Shown: positions 1 to 12,790, counted from the first letter of the stretch. The stretch is 64,000 bases of DNA from Octopus sinensis (GCF_006345805.1 NC_043000.1:155372001-155436000); one strand, 5' to 3'. Program-made: numbers and translations. The notes: a model not told the origin generated them from the sequence alone.

Positions 1-366
1 AATATATATATATATACATATATACGCATATGTACACATATATATATATATATACATATATACGCATATGTACACACATATATATATACATATACGCATA
101 TGTACATATATACATATACATATATACGCATATGTACATATATATATATATATATATACGCATATGTACATATATATATATAATATATATATATATATAC
201 TATATACGCATATGTACACATATATATATATACATATATACGCATATGTACACACATATATATATACATATATACGCATATGTACATATATACATATACA
301 TATATACGCATATGTACATATATATATATATATATACGCATATGTACATATATATATATATATATA
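1..366. repeat. (TA)n/(TACA)n microsatellite with recurring TACGCATATGTACA units
   Basis: Directly visible. The same block structure recurs at 3680-3844. Confidence 0.95.
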
Positions 367-3300
367 CACAATGCACAAGGTGTCAGCCCTTCCATCAATG
401 CACAAAAATGGAAGGTCCAATTCATTGAAGACTGGGTTGGTAACCATTCACACCACATCCCTTTCTTCATTCTCACTGAGACCCACCTTGACAACTCCCA
501 CTTGGAAGCCGAAGTGAGAGTGAAGAATTTCACAACCATCCGCGCGGATCGTATCGGCAGGAGGAAGGGTGGAACTGCCATTTTCCTGCATGATTCATTT
601 ACGGCAGATGGAAATAGTATATTCTCCAATGGCTACTGTGAATCAGTCACCGTGCACAACAAAGCCAATGACCTGACAGTAATTGGGCTCTATAGGCCGC
701 CCCAAACACCCATACTGTGCTTTAAAGAATGCCTCAACAGCATTAAGTGCTTTATTCAACAGTGCCATTCTAGCAACATACTCATGATGGGAGACTTCAA
801 TCTACCCTGTGTTGACTGGACTACAAACTGTTTGAAACCAAGCACTCCCGCCTCAACCGCTGACAAAGAAGCAGCAGAGTCACTTTTCGACTTTACGAAT
901 GAGTTTTTCTTGTCCAACTTGTCCTTGCACCAACAAGACATCAGAACATTTTGGACCTAGTGTTTAGTAACCACACTAACACTATACATAACGTTACAGT
1001 GGAAAAAACCCTTCTTTCAGACCATGACATGGTTCTCTGTATCATGAAATTCCACCAGCCGAAAGCTAATCCTAGTGACCTTCCTCCAGCCCACCCATTT
1101 GACAACATGGATCTCCATAAAGCCAACTGGGATGCAATCAGGAACGAGCTATCAAATGTTGACTGGTCCTTTACACATACACACATCTCCACCAACCATA
1201 AAACATCTTGGCAGATCTTTGTAGACACCGTCACAGACATATGTGCAAAACACTCCCCACCAAGACCTGTGAACAAAAAGTGCAGAATCCCCCAAAACAG
1301 AAAAACCATTATCAGAAAAATAAAAAGAACAAACAAAAAAATTAACAAACTAAAGTACTGCCAACAGCAACACACACATTCGACGGCTATCGCACTGCTT
1401 GAATCCAAAAAATATAACCTCCAACAATGCATGAAGACCCTCATCAATAACCAAAGATCAGCTGAGGAGAAGTGGGCCATTGAAAAAATCAAACTCAACC
1501 CCAAATTGTTCTTTTCATTTGCGAGGAAACTCAGGGTCACTGTCTCCACTGTAGGCCTCTAATTGACGAAACTGGCACTCTCCAAGATAATGCCAAATCC
1601 ATGGCCGAGATACTGCAGAAACAATACTGCTCTGTTTTCAGCAATCCTGATATGGCCGATCTGGGCTGTATCAGTGATGTCAACCCCCAACACACTATAT
1701 CGGACATAACGTTTAGTGCCCCTGATGTCTTAGCGGCGATAAACGAAATAAAACACAATTCAGCAGTAGCCCCGATAGGTTCCTGCTTGTGTCCTGAAGG
1801 TGTGTCGACACCAACTTGCATCTCCCTTGCTAATCTGTGGAGAAACTCACTGGATGCTGGCTATATTCCAAAAAACCTTCTGTCCCAGTCTGTTGTCCCA
1901 GTTTTCAAAAAGGGAAACAAGTCCCTTGCAGTGAATTACCGTCCGATCTCACTCACCTCTCATATCATCAAGGTATTTGAGAGGGTGGTGAGATCTCGAA
2001 TAACCCAATTTCTGGAAAGCAACAGACGGCTGATCTCCAACCAACATGGGTTCCGTAATGGAAGGGACTGCCTAACGCAGCTCCTGCATCACTTTGAGGA
2101 CATTTTGAGAGCTTTGGAGAGGGCTCCAACACCGATGTCATCTACCTTGATTTCAGTAAGGCCTTCGACAGGGTCGATCACAAGATCCTATTGAAAAAAC
2201 TATCCAACATTGGTGTCTCTGGAAAGTTACTGAAATGGATTAAGTGTTTCCTGACAGACAGATCTCAACATGTTGTAGTTGAAGGGGTAAAATCAAGCCC
2301 AGCCAAAGTCAGTAGTGGCGTTCCGCAAGGCACTGTGCTGGGCCCACTTCTTTTCATCATTTACATTAATGACATTAATGACATCATCAAGCACAGCAAC
2401 ATAAAAATCTTTGCAGATGACTCCAAGCTACAGAAGGTCATAAATGAGGCGAGTGACCGGACATGCCTTCAGTCAGATCTACTGGCTGTTATCCAATGGG
2501 CAGAAAAAAACAATATGCTGCTGAACGAGGATAAATTTGAGCTAATCCACTTTGGAAAAGAGGATGCCCTGAAACTCCCATACTCCCTTCCTTCAGGTGA
2601 AACTCTCGCGGCGTCCAACAACATCAGAGACTTGGGAGTAATTGTGGACAACAACGTAAGCTGGGCCACTCATATAAACACCAAAGTTGACATGGCCCGC
2701 AGAATGTGTTCCTGGATTCTCAGAACTTTCCAGTCGAGAGATATCCACACCATTATCCTTCTCTTCTCCACTTTTGCCCGACCCCACCTTGAATACTGTT
2801 GTCCACTGTGGTCTCCCCACACAATACAAGGTATCATAAAAGTTGAAGCACCTCAAAGGGCAATCACAAAAAAGATAGATGGCATGACAGGCCTCGACTA
2901 TTGGGGTCGGCTAGAAAAGCTAAAACTCTATTCTCTCCAACGTCGTCGTGAGCGCTACATCATCTGCATGATGTGGAAAATATTCCATCAGCATTGCCCA
3001 AATGATGTTGGCATCACCTTTAAGGTACATCCAAGGCTTGGGCCCCGTGCCATCCGCCCAAAACAAAAATCGCACTCTCATCTCATAACAACAATACGGC
3101 ACAATTATTTCACCTCAATTGGCCCCGCTCTCTTTAACATTACACCAAAACACATTAAAACAGAAACTGACCCTATAGGGTTCAAGAAGTCTTTGGACAG
3201 ATTCCTTCAAGAAATCCCGGATAAACCCCCTACACCCGGATATGTCTCTGTAAACAATAACTCTCTACTTGAGTGGGCCATAGTGCCCAAATTCTGACTT

Positions 3301-3388
3301 GAAAGACTTCACCAGGTGGTGCTATTAAGTTAGACATTGCCTGGGCCAATAATGGCCGAAACCTATCAAAGTATCAAAGTATCAAAGT
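367..3388 (+). mobile_element. CR1/L2-group non-LTR retrotransposon (APE endonuclease + RT), copy 1, frameshifted
   Basis: APE motifs NAQG, LTETHL, YRPP, GDFNLP, SDH. RT motifs NYRPISLTS, QHGFR, YLDFSKAFD (frameshifted), GVPQGTVLGP, FADD. Stop at 3297, then a short 3' UTR and an (AAGTATCA)n tail. Confidence 0.93.
2191..3297 (+). CDS. Open C-terminal part of the LINE reverse transcriptase ORF (368 aa)
   Basis: ORF track: GVPQGTVLGPLLF, FADD, DLGV, LYSLQRRRERY. Confidence 0.85.
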   Translation: MKKLSNIGVSGKLLKWIKCFLTDRSQHVVVEGVKSSPAKVSSGVPQGTVLGPLLFIIYINDINDIIKHSNIKIFADDSKLQKVINEASDRTCLQSDLLAVIQWAEKNNMLLNEDKFELIHFGKEDALKLPYSLPSGETLAASNNIRDLGVIVDNNVSWATHINTKVDMARRMCSWILRTFQSRDIHTIILLFSTFARPHLEYCCPLWSPHTIQGIIKVEAPQRAITKKIDGMTGLDYWGRLEKLKLYSLQRRRERYIICMMWKIFHQHCPNDVGITFKVHPRLGPRAIRPKQKSHSHLITTIRHNYFTSIGPALFNITPKHIKTETDPIGFKKSLDRFLQEIPDKPPTPGYVSVNNNSLLEWAIVPKF

Positions 3389-3600
3389 ATATACATATAT
3401 ATACACATATATATACATATATATATATATACATATATATACACATATATACATATATATACATATATACACATATATATATACACATATATATATATAC
3501 ATATATATACACATATATACATATATACATATATATACATATACATATATATATACATATATATATACATATATATACATATATATACATATATATATAC

Positions 3601-3645
<45 letters not shown>

Positions 3646-3844
3646 TATACATATATATATATCTATATATATATATATATACTATATACGCATATGTACA
3701 CATATATATATATACATATATACGCATATGTACACACATATATATATACATATACGCATATGTACATATATACATATACATATATACGCATATGTACATA
3801 TATATATATATATATACGCATATGTACATATATATATATATATA
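3389..3844. repeat. (TA)n/(TACA)n microsatellite separating the two LINE copies
   Basis: Directly visible. Confidence 0.95.
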
Positions 3845-6800
3845 CACAATGCACAAGGTGTCAGCCCTTCCATCAATGCACAAAAATGGAAGGTCCAATT
3901 CATTGAAGACTGGGTTGGTAACCATTCACACCACATCCCTTTCTTCATTCTCACTGAGACCCACCTTGACAACTCCCACTTGGAAGCCGAAGTGAGAGTG
4001 AAGAATTTCACAACCATCCGCGCGGATCGTATCGGCAGGAGGAAGGGTGGAACTGCCATTTTCCTGCATGATTCATTTACGGCAGATGGAAATAGTATAT
4101 TCTCCAATGGCTACTGTGAATCAGTCACCGTGCACAACAAAGCCAATGACCTGACAGTAATTGGGCTCTATAGGCCGCCCCAAACACCCATACTGTGCTT
4201 TAAAGAATGCCTCAACAGCATTAAGTGCTTTATTCAACAGTGCCATTCTAGCAACATACTCATGATGGGAGACTTCAATCTACCCTGTGTTGACTGGACT
4301 ACAAACTGTTTGAAACCAAGCACTCCCGCCTCAACCGCTGACAAAGAAGCAGCAGAGTCACTTTTCGACTTTACTTACGAATGAGTTTTTCTTGTCCCAA
4401 CTTGTCCTTGCACCAACAAGACATCAGAACATTTTGGACCTAGTGTTTAGTAACCACACTAACACTATACATAACGTTACAGTGGAAAAAACCCTTCTTT
4501 CAGACCATGACATGGTTCTCTGTAACATGAAATTCCACCAGCCGAAAGCTAATCCTAGTGACCTTCCTCCAGCCCACCCATTTGACAACATGGATCTCCA
4601 TAAAGCCAACTGGGATGCAATCAGGAACGAGCTATCAAATGTTGACTGGTCCTTTACACATACACACATCTCCACCAACCATAAAACATCTTGGCAGATC
4701 TTTGTAGACACCGTCACAGACATATGTGCAAAACACTCCCCACCAAGACCTGTGAACAAAAAGTGCAGAATCCCCCAAAACAGAAAAACCATTATCAGAA
4801 AAATAAAAAGAACAAACAAAAAAATTAACAAACTAAAGTACTGCCAACAGCAACACACACATTCGACGGCTATCGCACTGCTTGAATCCAAAAAATATAA
4901 CCTCCAACAATGCATGAAGACCCTCATCAATAACCAAAGATCAGCTGAGGAGAAGTGGGCCATTGAAAAAATCAAACTCAACCCCAAATTGTTCTTTTCA
5001 TTTGCGAGGAAACTCAGGGTCACTGTCTCCACTGTAGGCCCTCTAATTGACGAAACTGGCACTCTCCAAGATAATGCCAAATCCATGGCCGAGATACTGC
5101 AGAAACAATACTGCTCTGTTTTCAGCAATCCTGATATGGCCGATCTGGGCTGTATCAGTGATGTCAACCCCCAACACCTATATCGGACATAACGTTTAGT
5201 GCCCCTGATGTCTTAGCGGCGATAAACGAAATAAAACACAATTCAGCAGTAGGCCCCGATAGGTTCCCTGCTTGTGTCCTGAAGGTGTGTCGACACCAAC
5301 TTGCATCCCCCTTGCTAATCTGTGGAGAAACTCACTGGATGCTGGCTATATTCCAAAAAACCTTCTGTCCCAGTCTGTTGTCCCAGTTTTCAAAAAGGGA
5401 AACAAGTCCCTTGCAGTGAATTACCGTCCGATCTCACTCACCTCTCATATCATCAAGGTATTTGAGAGGGTGGTGAGATCTCGAATAACCCAATTTCTGG
5501 AAAGCAACAGACGGCTGATCTCCAACCAACATGGGTTCCGTAATGGAAGGGACTGCCTAACGCAGCTCCTGCATCACTTTGAGGACATTTTGAGAGCTTT
5601 GGGAGAGGGCTCCAACACCGATGTCATCTACCTTGATTTCAGTAAGGCCTTCGACAGGGTCGATCACAAGATCCTATTGAAAAAACTATCCAACATTGGT
5701 GTCTCTGGAAAGTTACTGAAATGGATTAAGTGTTTCCTGACAGACAGATCTCAACATGTTGTAGTTGAAGGGGTAAAATCAAGGGGTAAAATCAAGGGGT
5801 AAAATCAAGCCCAGCCAAAGTCAGTAGTGGCGTTCCGCAAGGCACTGTGCTGGGCCCACTTCTTTTCATCATTTACATTAATGACATTAATGACATCATC
5901 AAGCACAGCAACATAAAAATCTTTGCAGATGACTCCAAGCTACAGAAGGTCATAAATGAGGCGAGTGACCGGACATGCCTTCAGTCAGATCTACTGGCTG
6001 TTATCCAATGGGCAGAAAAAAACAATATGCTGCTGAACGAGGATAAATTTGAGCTAATCCACTTTGGAAAAGAGGATGCCCTGAAACTCCCATACTCCCT
6101 TCCTTCAGGTGAAACTCTCGCGGCGTCCAACAACATCAGAGACTTGGGAGTATTTGTGGACAACAACGTAAGCTGGGCCACTCATATAAACACCAAAGTT
6201 GACATGGCCCGCAGAATGTGTTCCTGGATTCTCAGAACTTTCCAGTCGAGAGATATCCACACCATTATCCTTCTCTTCTCCACTTTTGCCCGACCCCACC
6301 TTGAATACTGTTGTCCACTGTGGTCTCCCCACACAATACAAGGTATCATAAAAGTTGAAGCACCTCAAAGGGCAATCACAAAAAAGATAGATGGCATGAC
6401 AGGCCTCGACTATTGGGGTCGGCTAGAAAAGCTAAAACTCTATTCTCTCCAACGTCGTCGTGAGCGCTACATCATCTGCATGATGTGGAAAATATTCCAT
6501 CAGCATTGCCCAAATGATGTTGGCATCACCTTTAAGGTACATCCAAGGCTTGGGCCCCGTGCCATCCGCCCAAAACAAAAATCGCACTCTCATCTCATAA
6601 CAACAATACGGCACAATTATTTCACCTCAATTGGCCCCGCTCTCTTTAACATTACACCAAAACACATTAAAACAGAAACTGACCCTATAGGGTTCAAGAA
6701 GTCTTTGGACAGATTCCTTCAAGAAATCCCGGATAAACCCCCTACACCCGGATATGTCTCTGTAAACAATAACTCTCTACTTGAGTGGGCCATAGTGCCC

Positions 6801-6900
6801 AAATTCTGACTTGAAAGACTTCACCAGGTGGTGCTATTAAGTTAGACATTGCCTGGGCCAATAATGGCCGAAACCTATCAAAGTATCAAAGTATCAAAGT
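3845..6900 (+). mobile_element. CR1/L2-group LINE, copy 2 (tandem, near-identical to 367-3388)
   Basis: Same 5' start (CACAATGCACAAGG), same tail and same protein motifs. It differs mainly by small indels. Confidence 0.93.
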
Positions 6901-7115
6901 ATATACATATATATACACATATATATACATATATATATATACATATATATACACATATATACATATATATACATATATATACACATATATATACACATAT
7001 ATATATATACATATATATACACATATATACATATATATACATATACATATATATATATATAATATATATACATATATATATACATATATATACATATATA
7101 TACATATATATATAC

Positions 7116-7169
<54 letters not shown>

Positions 7170-7174
7170 TATAT

Positions 7175-7209
<35 letters not shown>

Positions 7210-7244
7210 ATATATATATATATTATATATATATATATATATAT
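6901..7244. repeat. (TA)n/(TACA)n microsatellite
   Basis: Directly visible. It begins like the tract at 3389. Confidence 0.95.
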
Positions 7245-7576
7245 CCACATAAAAGACCCCTTTCGGTCATGAATGATCATGGGATTGCACCTAAAAAGTT
7301 CCCCTCTGCTGCACAAGTCCGGGCAAGGTTGCTTGTGGAAGACCAGCAGTCACCCATGCACACCAGTCTCCTCTATCCACGCTACGAATGTGAAAGGCAG
7401 ATGGATGGCGATACATCTTGTCACTAGTGACATCACAGTTTATCTTTCCAGCTAAATGAACTGGAGCCACGTGAAATATAGCGTCTTGCTCAAGAACACA
7501 ACACACAGCCTGGTCTGGGAATTGCTCTCACTACCTCATGATTGTGAGCCCAACGTTCTAACCACTGCGTCATACG
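7245..7576 (-). mobile_element. tRNA-derived SINE (family D, CORE-like centre)
   Basis: The minus strand has a tRNA-like head (GCAGTGGTTAG ... AATTCC) followed by TGTGTTCTTGAGCAAGAC and a distinct tail. A related head lies at 17555-17710. Confidence 0.55.
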
Positions 7577-7620
7577 CTTTCATTCACACACACGCACAAA
7601 TATATATATTTATGAATGTG

Positions 7621-7851
7621 TAGACGCAGGAGTGGCTGTGTGGTAAGTAGCTTGCAAAACAACCACATGGTTCCGGCTTCAGTCCCACTGCGTGGCATAT
7701 TGGGCGAGTGTCTTCTGCTATAGCCCCTGGCCTTGTGAGTGGATTTGGTAGAGGGAAACTGAAAGAAGCCTGTCGTATATATGAATATATATGTGTGTGT
7801 ATGTATGTGTGTTTGTGTGTCCGTGTTTGTCCCCCTAGCATTGCTTGACAA
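7621..7851 (+). mobile_element. SINE family A, 5' part (split by a LINE insertion)
   Basis: Head with A-box TGGCTGTGTGG and B-box-like GCTTCAGTCCC. It ends at TTGACAA, which is contiguous with CCGATGCTGG in intact copies. Confidence 0.9.
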
Positions 7852-9812
7852 ACGAGAACGTCGACTCAGAGATATTGCTTGGGCTGAATTCAAAAATCTG
7901 GATTCGACTGCAGCTTTTGAGGTGTACAAAACTCAACGAGACCGAGCCGTGAAAATTGAAAAGAAAGAACGCTTCAGTTACGAATACAAAATCGCGGCAA
8001 ATGCCAGTAGCAATCCAAAAACCTTCTTTGCCCATGTCCAGCGGAATTCCCGCTTGAACAACCAGATTGCAACGTTGGTAGACTCAACAGGCGTATCGAT
8101 TGAGTACCCTTATCAACAGAGTCAATTATTTGCCGAGGCTTTTTCAACTATTTTCAAACAAGATGATGGTCGTGAACCCCCTCCATTTGATAGATCGGTA
8201 CCTCCAATGCTTCGATTGGTCATCACGCGGGACGAAGTCAAACGTGTTATTCAAGGCCTCGATGTCAACAAATGTCACGGCCCTGACGGCATACACCCAC
8301 GGGTTATCAAAGCGTTGGCTCCGGTCATCTGCGAGCCTTTAACACGACTATTCAATATGTCATTGGCGACGGGTGTTATACCTGCAACGGAGAACAGCGA
8401 TAATCTGCCCAATTTTCAAGAAAGGGAGCCACGAAGACCCGCTTAACTACCGACCGGTTTCCCTTACATCAATTATCAGCAAGATGTTCGAAACCATCCT
8501 TAAGAAAAGTATGATGCTCCACCTCCTAAACACAGCCTCTATCTCTGATTCCCAACACGGCTTCGTGCCGAAGAGATCATGCTTGACCAACTTACTAGTA
8601 ATGGAAGAATTGGTGACGCGCATCCTCGATGATAGTGATGCTGTTGACATCGTTTTACTGGACTTTGCCAAAGCTTTTGACTCGGTAAACCACCGCCTAT
8701 TGCTTGTCAAGCTTCAAGCATATAGTTTCCATCCGGATATTGTACGATGGGTTGGTGCCTTCCTCTCAGATCGCTCCTTCCAAGTCTAAGTTAATGGTTC
8801 GCGGTCCGACGTCTCCAGTGCGAGCAGTGGCGTGCCTCAAGGTTCAGTGCTTGGGCCCTTGTTGTTCTTAGTCTTCATAAATGACTTGCCCGACGACCTC
8901 ACGCAACACACCCTTCTATTGCCGACGATATCAAACTGGTCGCTCCTCGCGGTAATATAGAGGATCTTCGTCGATGCCTCCACCTAATTTGGAAGTGGTC
9001 TAACAATTGGGACCTGTGTCTGAAAATGTCAAAGTGCTGTCATCTGCCTGTCGGCTCTACTCCGCAAACTCAACTTGATTTCGAGCCGGGTCGTCTGCTG
9101 CTGGAGAGGACCGATCAGGTAAAGGACCTAGGTATCTTGGTGGATTCCTCCTTTTCGCCTTCGGCCCAGTGCGTCAATGCTGCCAACAAAGCACGCGGAA
9201 TTCTGTTCTTGATTCGACGGTCATTCGGAATGCTCACAGCAGCCATATTCCTACCACTCTATGTCACGCTGGTTGAGACCCATATTGGAGTATGGGATTC
9301 AAGCCTCTTCTCCTTATCTCCTCAAAGACATACAGCATCTCGAAAGAGTCCAGAAGCTGGCTACCCGCATGGTTCATGGTCTCAAAAAATTTGTCTTACG
9401 AAGAAAAGGGCTGAGGACGCTCGACCTTTATTCTCTTGAAAAACGCCGCCGCCCGTGTGGTGATCTCATTCTCGCCCACAACATCATAAGCGGAAAGTGT
9501 AACCTCTCGAAAGAGCTGTTCTTCACTCCTGCTCCAGAGCGTCGGCTGCGGGGTCATTCCGAAAAGCTCTACCTGCGACGATTTCATCTCAATCGAAGGA
9601 GAGGAGCTTTCTCCGTCCGGGTTGCGGATCCGTGGAACAAGCTGCCAGACGAGATGGTGAAGATGCCGACGACCGCTTTGTTCAAAGCCTCCTTTGACCT
9701 CAAGTGGCCTGAACCCTTTACATGAACACCACTCTGTACTTAACTCCATGTCCCCCTACATGGCCTTGCTATTTGCTTTTGAGCCAAATTAACTAACTAA
9801 CTAACTAACTAA
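7852..9812 (+). mobile_element. CR1-type LINE with (TAAC)n tail, 5'-truncated, inserted in SINE A
   Basis: RT motifs NYRPVSLTS, QHGF, LDFAKAFD, GVPQG, LYSLEKRR. (TAAC)n tail at about 9790-9812. A homologous copy lies at 42355-44678. Confidence 0.92.
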
Positions 9813-9990
9813 CCGATGCTGGTGTGTTTACGTCCCCGTCACTTAGCGGTTCGGCAAAAGAGACCGATAGATAAGTACTGGGCTTACAAAGAATAAGTCC
9901 CGGGGTCGATTTGCTCGACTAAAGGCGGTGCTCCAGCATGGCCGCAGTCAAATGACTGAAACAAGTAAAAGAGTAAAAGAGTAAGAGAGT
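9813..9990 (+). mobile_element. SINE family A, 3' part
   Basis: CCGATGCTGG ... GGCGGTGCTCCAGCATGGCC ... (AAAAGAGT)n tail. Confidence 0.9.
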
Positions 9991-10228
9991 GTGTATCTAA
10001 CGTGATATATTGAAATATGTAATCATTTTTAGATCAAAATTTTAATTGCATTCTTACTACACCATTTCTTACAAAACCAGCGAATAGACACACAGCCACC
10101 GATAAACGTACGCGCGCTGGCTCAACAGTCACATGCACACACTCACAAGTATATATTCATATATATACAGTCATCTATGCATAAGTGTACGCGTGAGAGT
10201 GCACGCGAGAGTGCAAAAAGACGGAACA

Positions 10229-10229
<1 letters not shown>

Positions 10230-10308
<79 letters not shown>

Positions 10309-10331
10309 ATGAGAAAGAGAGAGAGAGAGAT
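10230..10331. repeat. (AG)n microsatellite
   Basis: Directly visible. Confidence 0.95.
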
Positions 10332-10683
10332 GGGAAGAGGGAGAGAGAAGAGATGGAGAGGGAGGCGGGATGGAGAAGGTCTCCATGTTGAATATATTCG
10401 TTTATCATTAAAAACCCTTTAGATACGCTTCGATTTATTATGTTGCACGCGTTAATCCATGAATCGTGCTTGGACAGTTCTGCTTATTGTCGGAGGCTAT
10501 AAGTTACATTCATTACTTTTCGCACCTGTTATATGTTATCAGACAAAATTAGTCCAGCTAATTAAGTGGAAAGAACACTTGCTTGAGGCTGAAAGATTCC
10601 CACAGTCCCTTTGTGATCAGAGATACACGTACATATATACGCGCTTACATACCCTCACACGCACACACTGTTTCTCACACTCG

Positions 10684-10685
<2 letters not shown>

Positions 10686-10741
<56 letters not shown>

Positions 10742-10881
10742 TAACTTATTGATGTAGATGCATGCTTACATATGCATATATAAATATAGTTATAAATAAA
10801 AGGATATAGAGATGTTTCATGTACATAAGATTTTGTGTACGTGTATGTTTGCATGCATTTAATATATTACACATTACGTGC

Positions 10882-10918
<37 letters not shown>

Positions 10919-11012
10919 ATATATAATATATATATGTATATTTCGTAGCACTTACATAGCCTTACCTTTTGGGTCACCTGGATACCAAAACATCTCATAT
11001 TGTATGTATATG

Positions 11013-11045
<33 letters not shown>

Positions 11046-11136
11046 GTGTGTGTGTGTATATGTATATATATATATGTATATGTATGTATGTATATGTATG
11101 TATGTGTATGTATGTATGCATGTATATACGCACACG

Positions 11137-11170
<34 letters not shown>
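10686..11170. repeat. Compound (TA)n/(TG)n/(TATG)n microsatellites
   Basis: Directly visible. Confidence 0.85.
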
Positions 11171-11171
<1 letters not shown>

Positions 11172-11421
11172 TGTAGGTTTGCGTGGGTGTGTGTGTGCGT
11201 ATTGTGGGAGGAGAAATTCGAGGTTTCAAAATGATGGAGAGAAATGATAAAATAAACTGAATAAACTGATAGAGCGAACGGGACTCACACACGATCGACC
11301 ATATGGGATGGTCGAGGACAAGAGCCATAAGTTGAAGTAAGTGGGATAAAGTAAAGAGGAGAACGAATAACTGGAGAACATTGCGGGAAAATAACCCGAA
11401 GGAAGAATTTTTTGTGGATTA

Positions 11422-11453
<32 letters not shown>

Positions 11454-11799
11454 AGAAAGAAAGAGAGACAGAAAAAAAGAAGGGAATGGAGATGTGATAG
11501 GTGTATAACTCGCGAGGCCAGGTCTGACACGATTTTTCAAGCTCAGTTGGCATATTTACTTTCCATGATATAGACGACTGAGTATCTGATGCTCCTTTCT
11601 GAACGAATACCAGTCGGTCCAGAATTAATCTTCAGTTGTTACTGTTGCTCAATTTCAACTGAGTGGACTGTAGGAACGTGAAATAAAGCGTTTATCTCAA
11701 AAATATGAAACATAAAACGCACCGCTCGGTCTGGGAGTGTGAAACGTGATTTTACAATCGAGAGTCCAGTACAGGACCACACTGGAACACTGCCTTGAA

Positions 11800-12006
11800 T
11801 CCTAGTACTTATTCTATCGCTAACATTTGCCGAACCGCTAGTTACGGGGATGTAAACACACCAACACCGGTTGCCAAGCGGTAATAGTGTGACAACATAA
11901 GCACAAACACGTATATATATATATATATATATGTGTGATGAGCTTCCTTCAGTTTCCTTCTACGAAATCCACTCACAAAGCTTTGGTCGGCCCGAGGTAG
12001 AAGACG
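11800..12006 (-). mobile_element. SINE family A internal fragment
   Basis: Matches the family A body (AGTACTTATTCTATCG, CCGAACCGCTA, AAATCCACTCACAA). Confidence 0.75.
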
Positions 12007-12046
12007 TTAAATTTAACATACTAAGTTTAAACACAGTTTAAAATTT

Positions 12047-12450
12047 GTGGCTGTGTGGTAAGTAGCTTGCTTACCAACCACATGGTTCTAGGTTCAGTCC
12101 CACTGCGTGCATCTTGGGTAAGCGTCTTCTACTATAGCCTCGGACCGACCAAATACTTGTGAGTGGATTTGGTAGACGGAAACTGAAAGAAGCCCGTCGT
12201 ATATATCTATACATATATGTATGTGTGTGTATACGTTTGTGTGTCTGTGTTTGTCAACCCCCCAACATCATTTGACAACCGATGCTGGTGTGTTTACGTC
12301 CCCGTTTCTTAGCGGTTCGGCAAAAGAAACCGATAGAATAAATACTAGGCTTACAAAGAATAAGTCCTGGGGTCGATTTGCTCGACTAAAGGCGGTGCTC
12401 CAGCATGGCCACAGTCAAATGACTGAAACAAGTAAAAGAGTAAAAGAGTA
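12047..12450 (+). mobile_element. SINE family A, near full length
   Basis: Head, central TA/TG tract and (AAAAGAGT)n tail. Confidence 0.9.
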
Positions 12451-12588
12451 ATTAATGCTACTTAAACTAATTAAGATATCTTAAAGTGATATAATTATTT
12501 ACTTTGAAAGTATATTGTATCATCAGCGAAACAACAATGAGAATTGCAATTGGATTTTGCAAGTTATTTATTATCATAAGTAAACGAA

Positions 12589-12790
12589 AGGCGGCGAGCT
12601 GGCAGAATCGTTAGCATGCCGGACGAAATGCTTAGGGGTATTTCCTTCGTCCCTAAGTTCTGATTTGAAATTTCGCTGAGGTTGACTTTGCTTTTCATCC
12701 TTTCAAGGTCGATAAAATAAGTACTGGAGTCGTTGTATAGGCTCCCTCCGTCAAAATTTCATGCCTAGTACCTATAATAGAAATGATTAT
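12589..12790 (+). mobile_element. tRNA-derived SINE family B (GGCGAGCTGGCAGAATCGTTAG head, Meta-like centre)
   Basis: A-box TGGCAGAATCG, central TTTCATCCTTTC..GGTCGATAAAATAAGTAC. Confidence 0.8.

Noticed and set aside
280-400. Microsatellite ATG in frame with the LINE endonuclease in both tandem copies
   Set aside because: Several ATGs occur in different frames of a stop-free tract, and a different ATG unit is in frame in each copy, so this is expected by chance.
30-517. Long ORFs rich in Y/I/H/T/C/V (also at 3337-3925, 6849-7427, 10867-11328, 39498-40356 and others)
   Set aside because: They are translations of (TA)n, (CA)n and (TATG)n microsatellites, which lack stop codons.
941-1549. Antisense ORFs over the LINEs (also 4424-5167, 42405-43073)
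   Set aside because: Shadows of the sense-strand TE coding frames, with no independent motifs.
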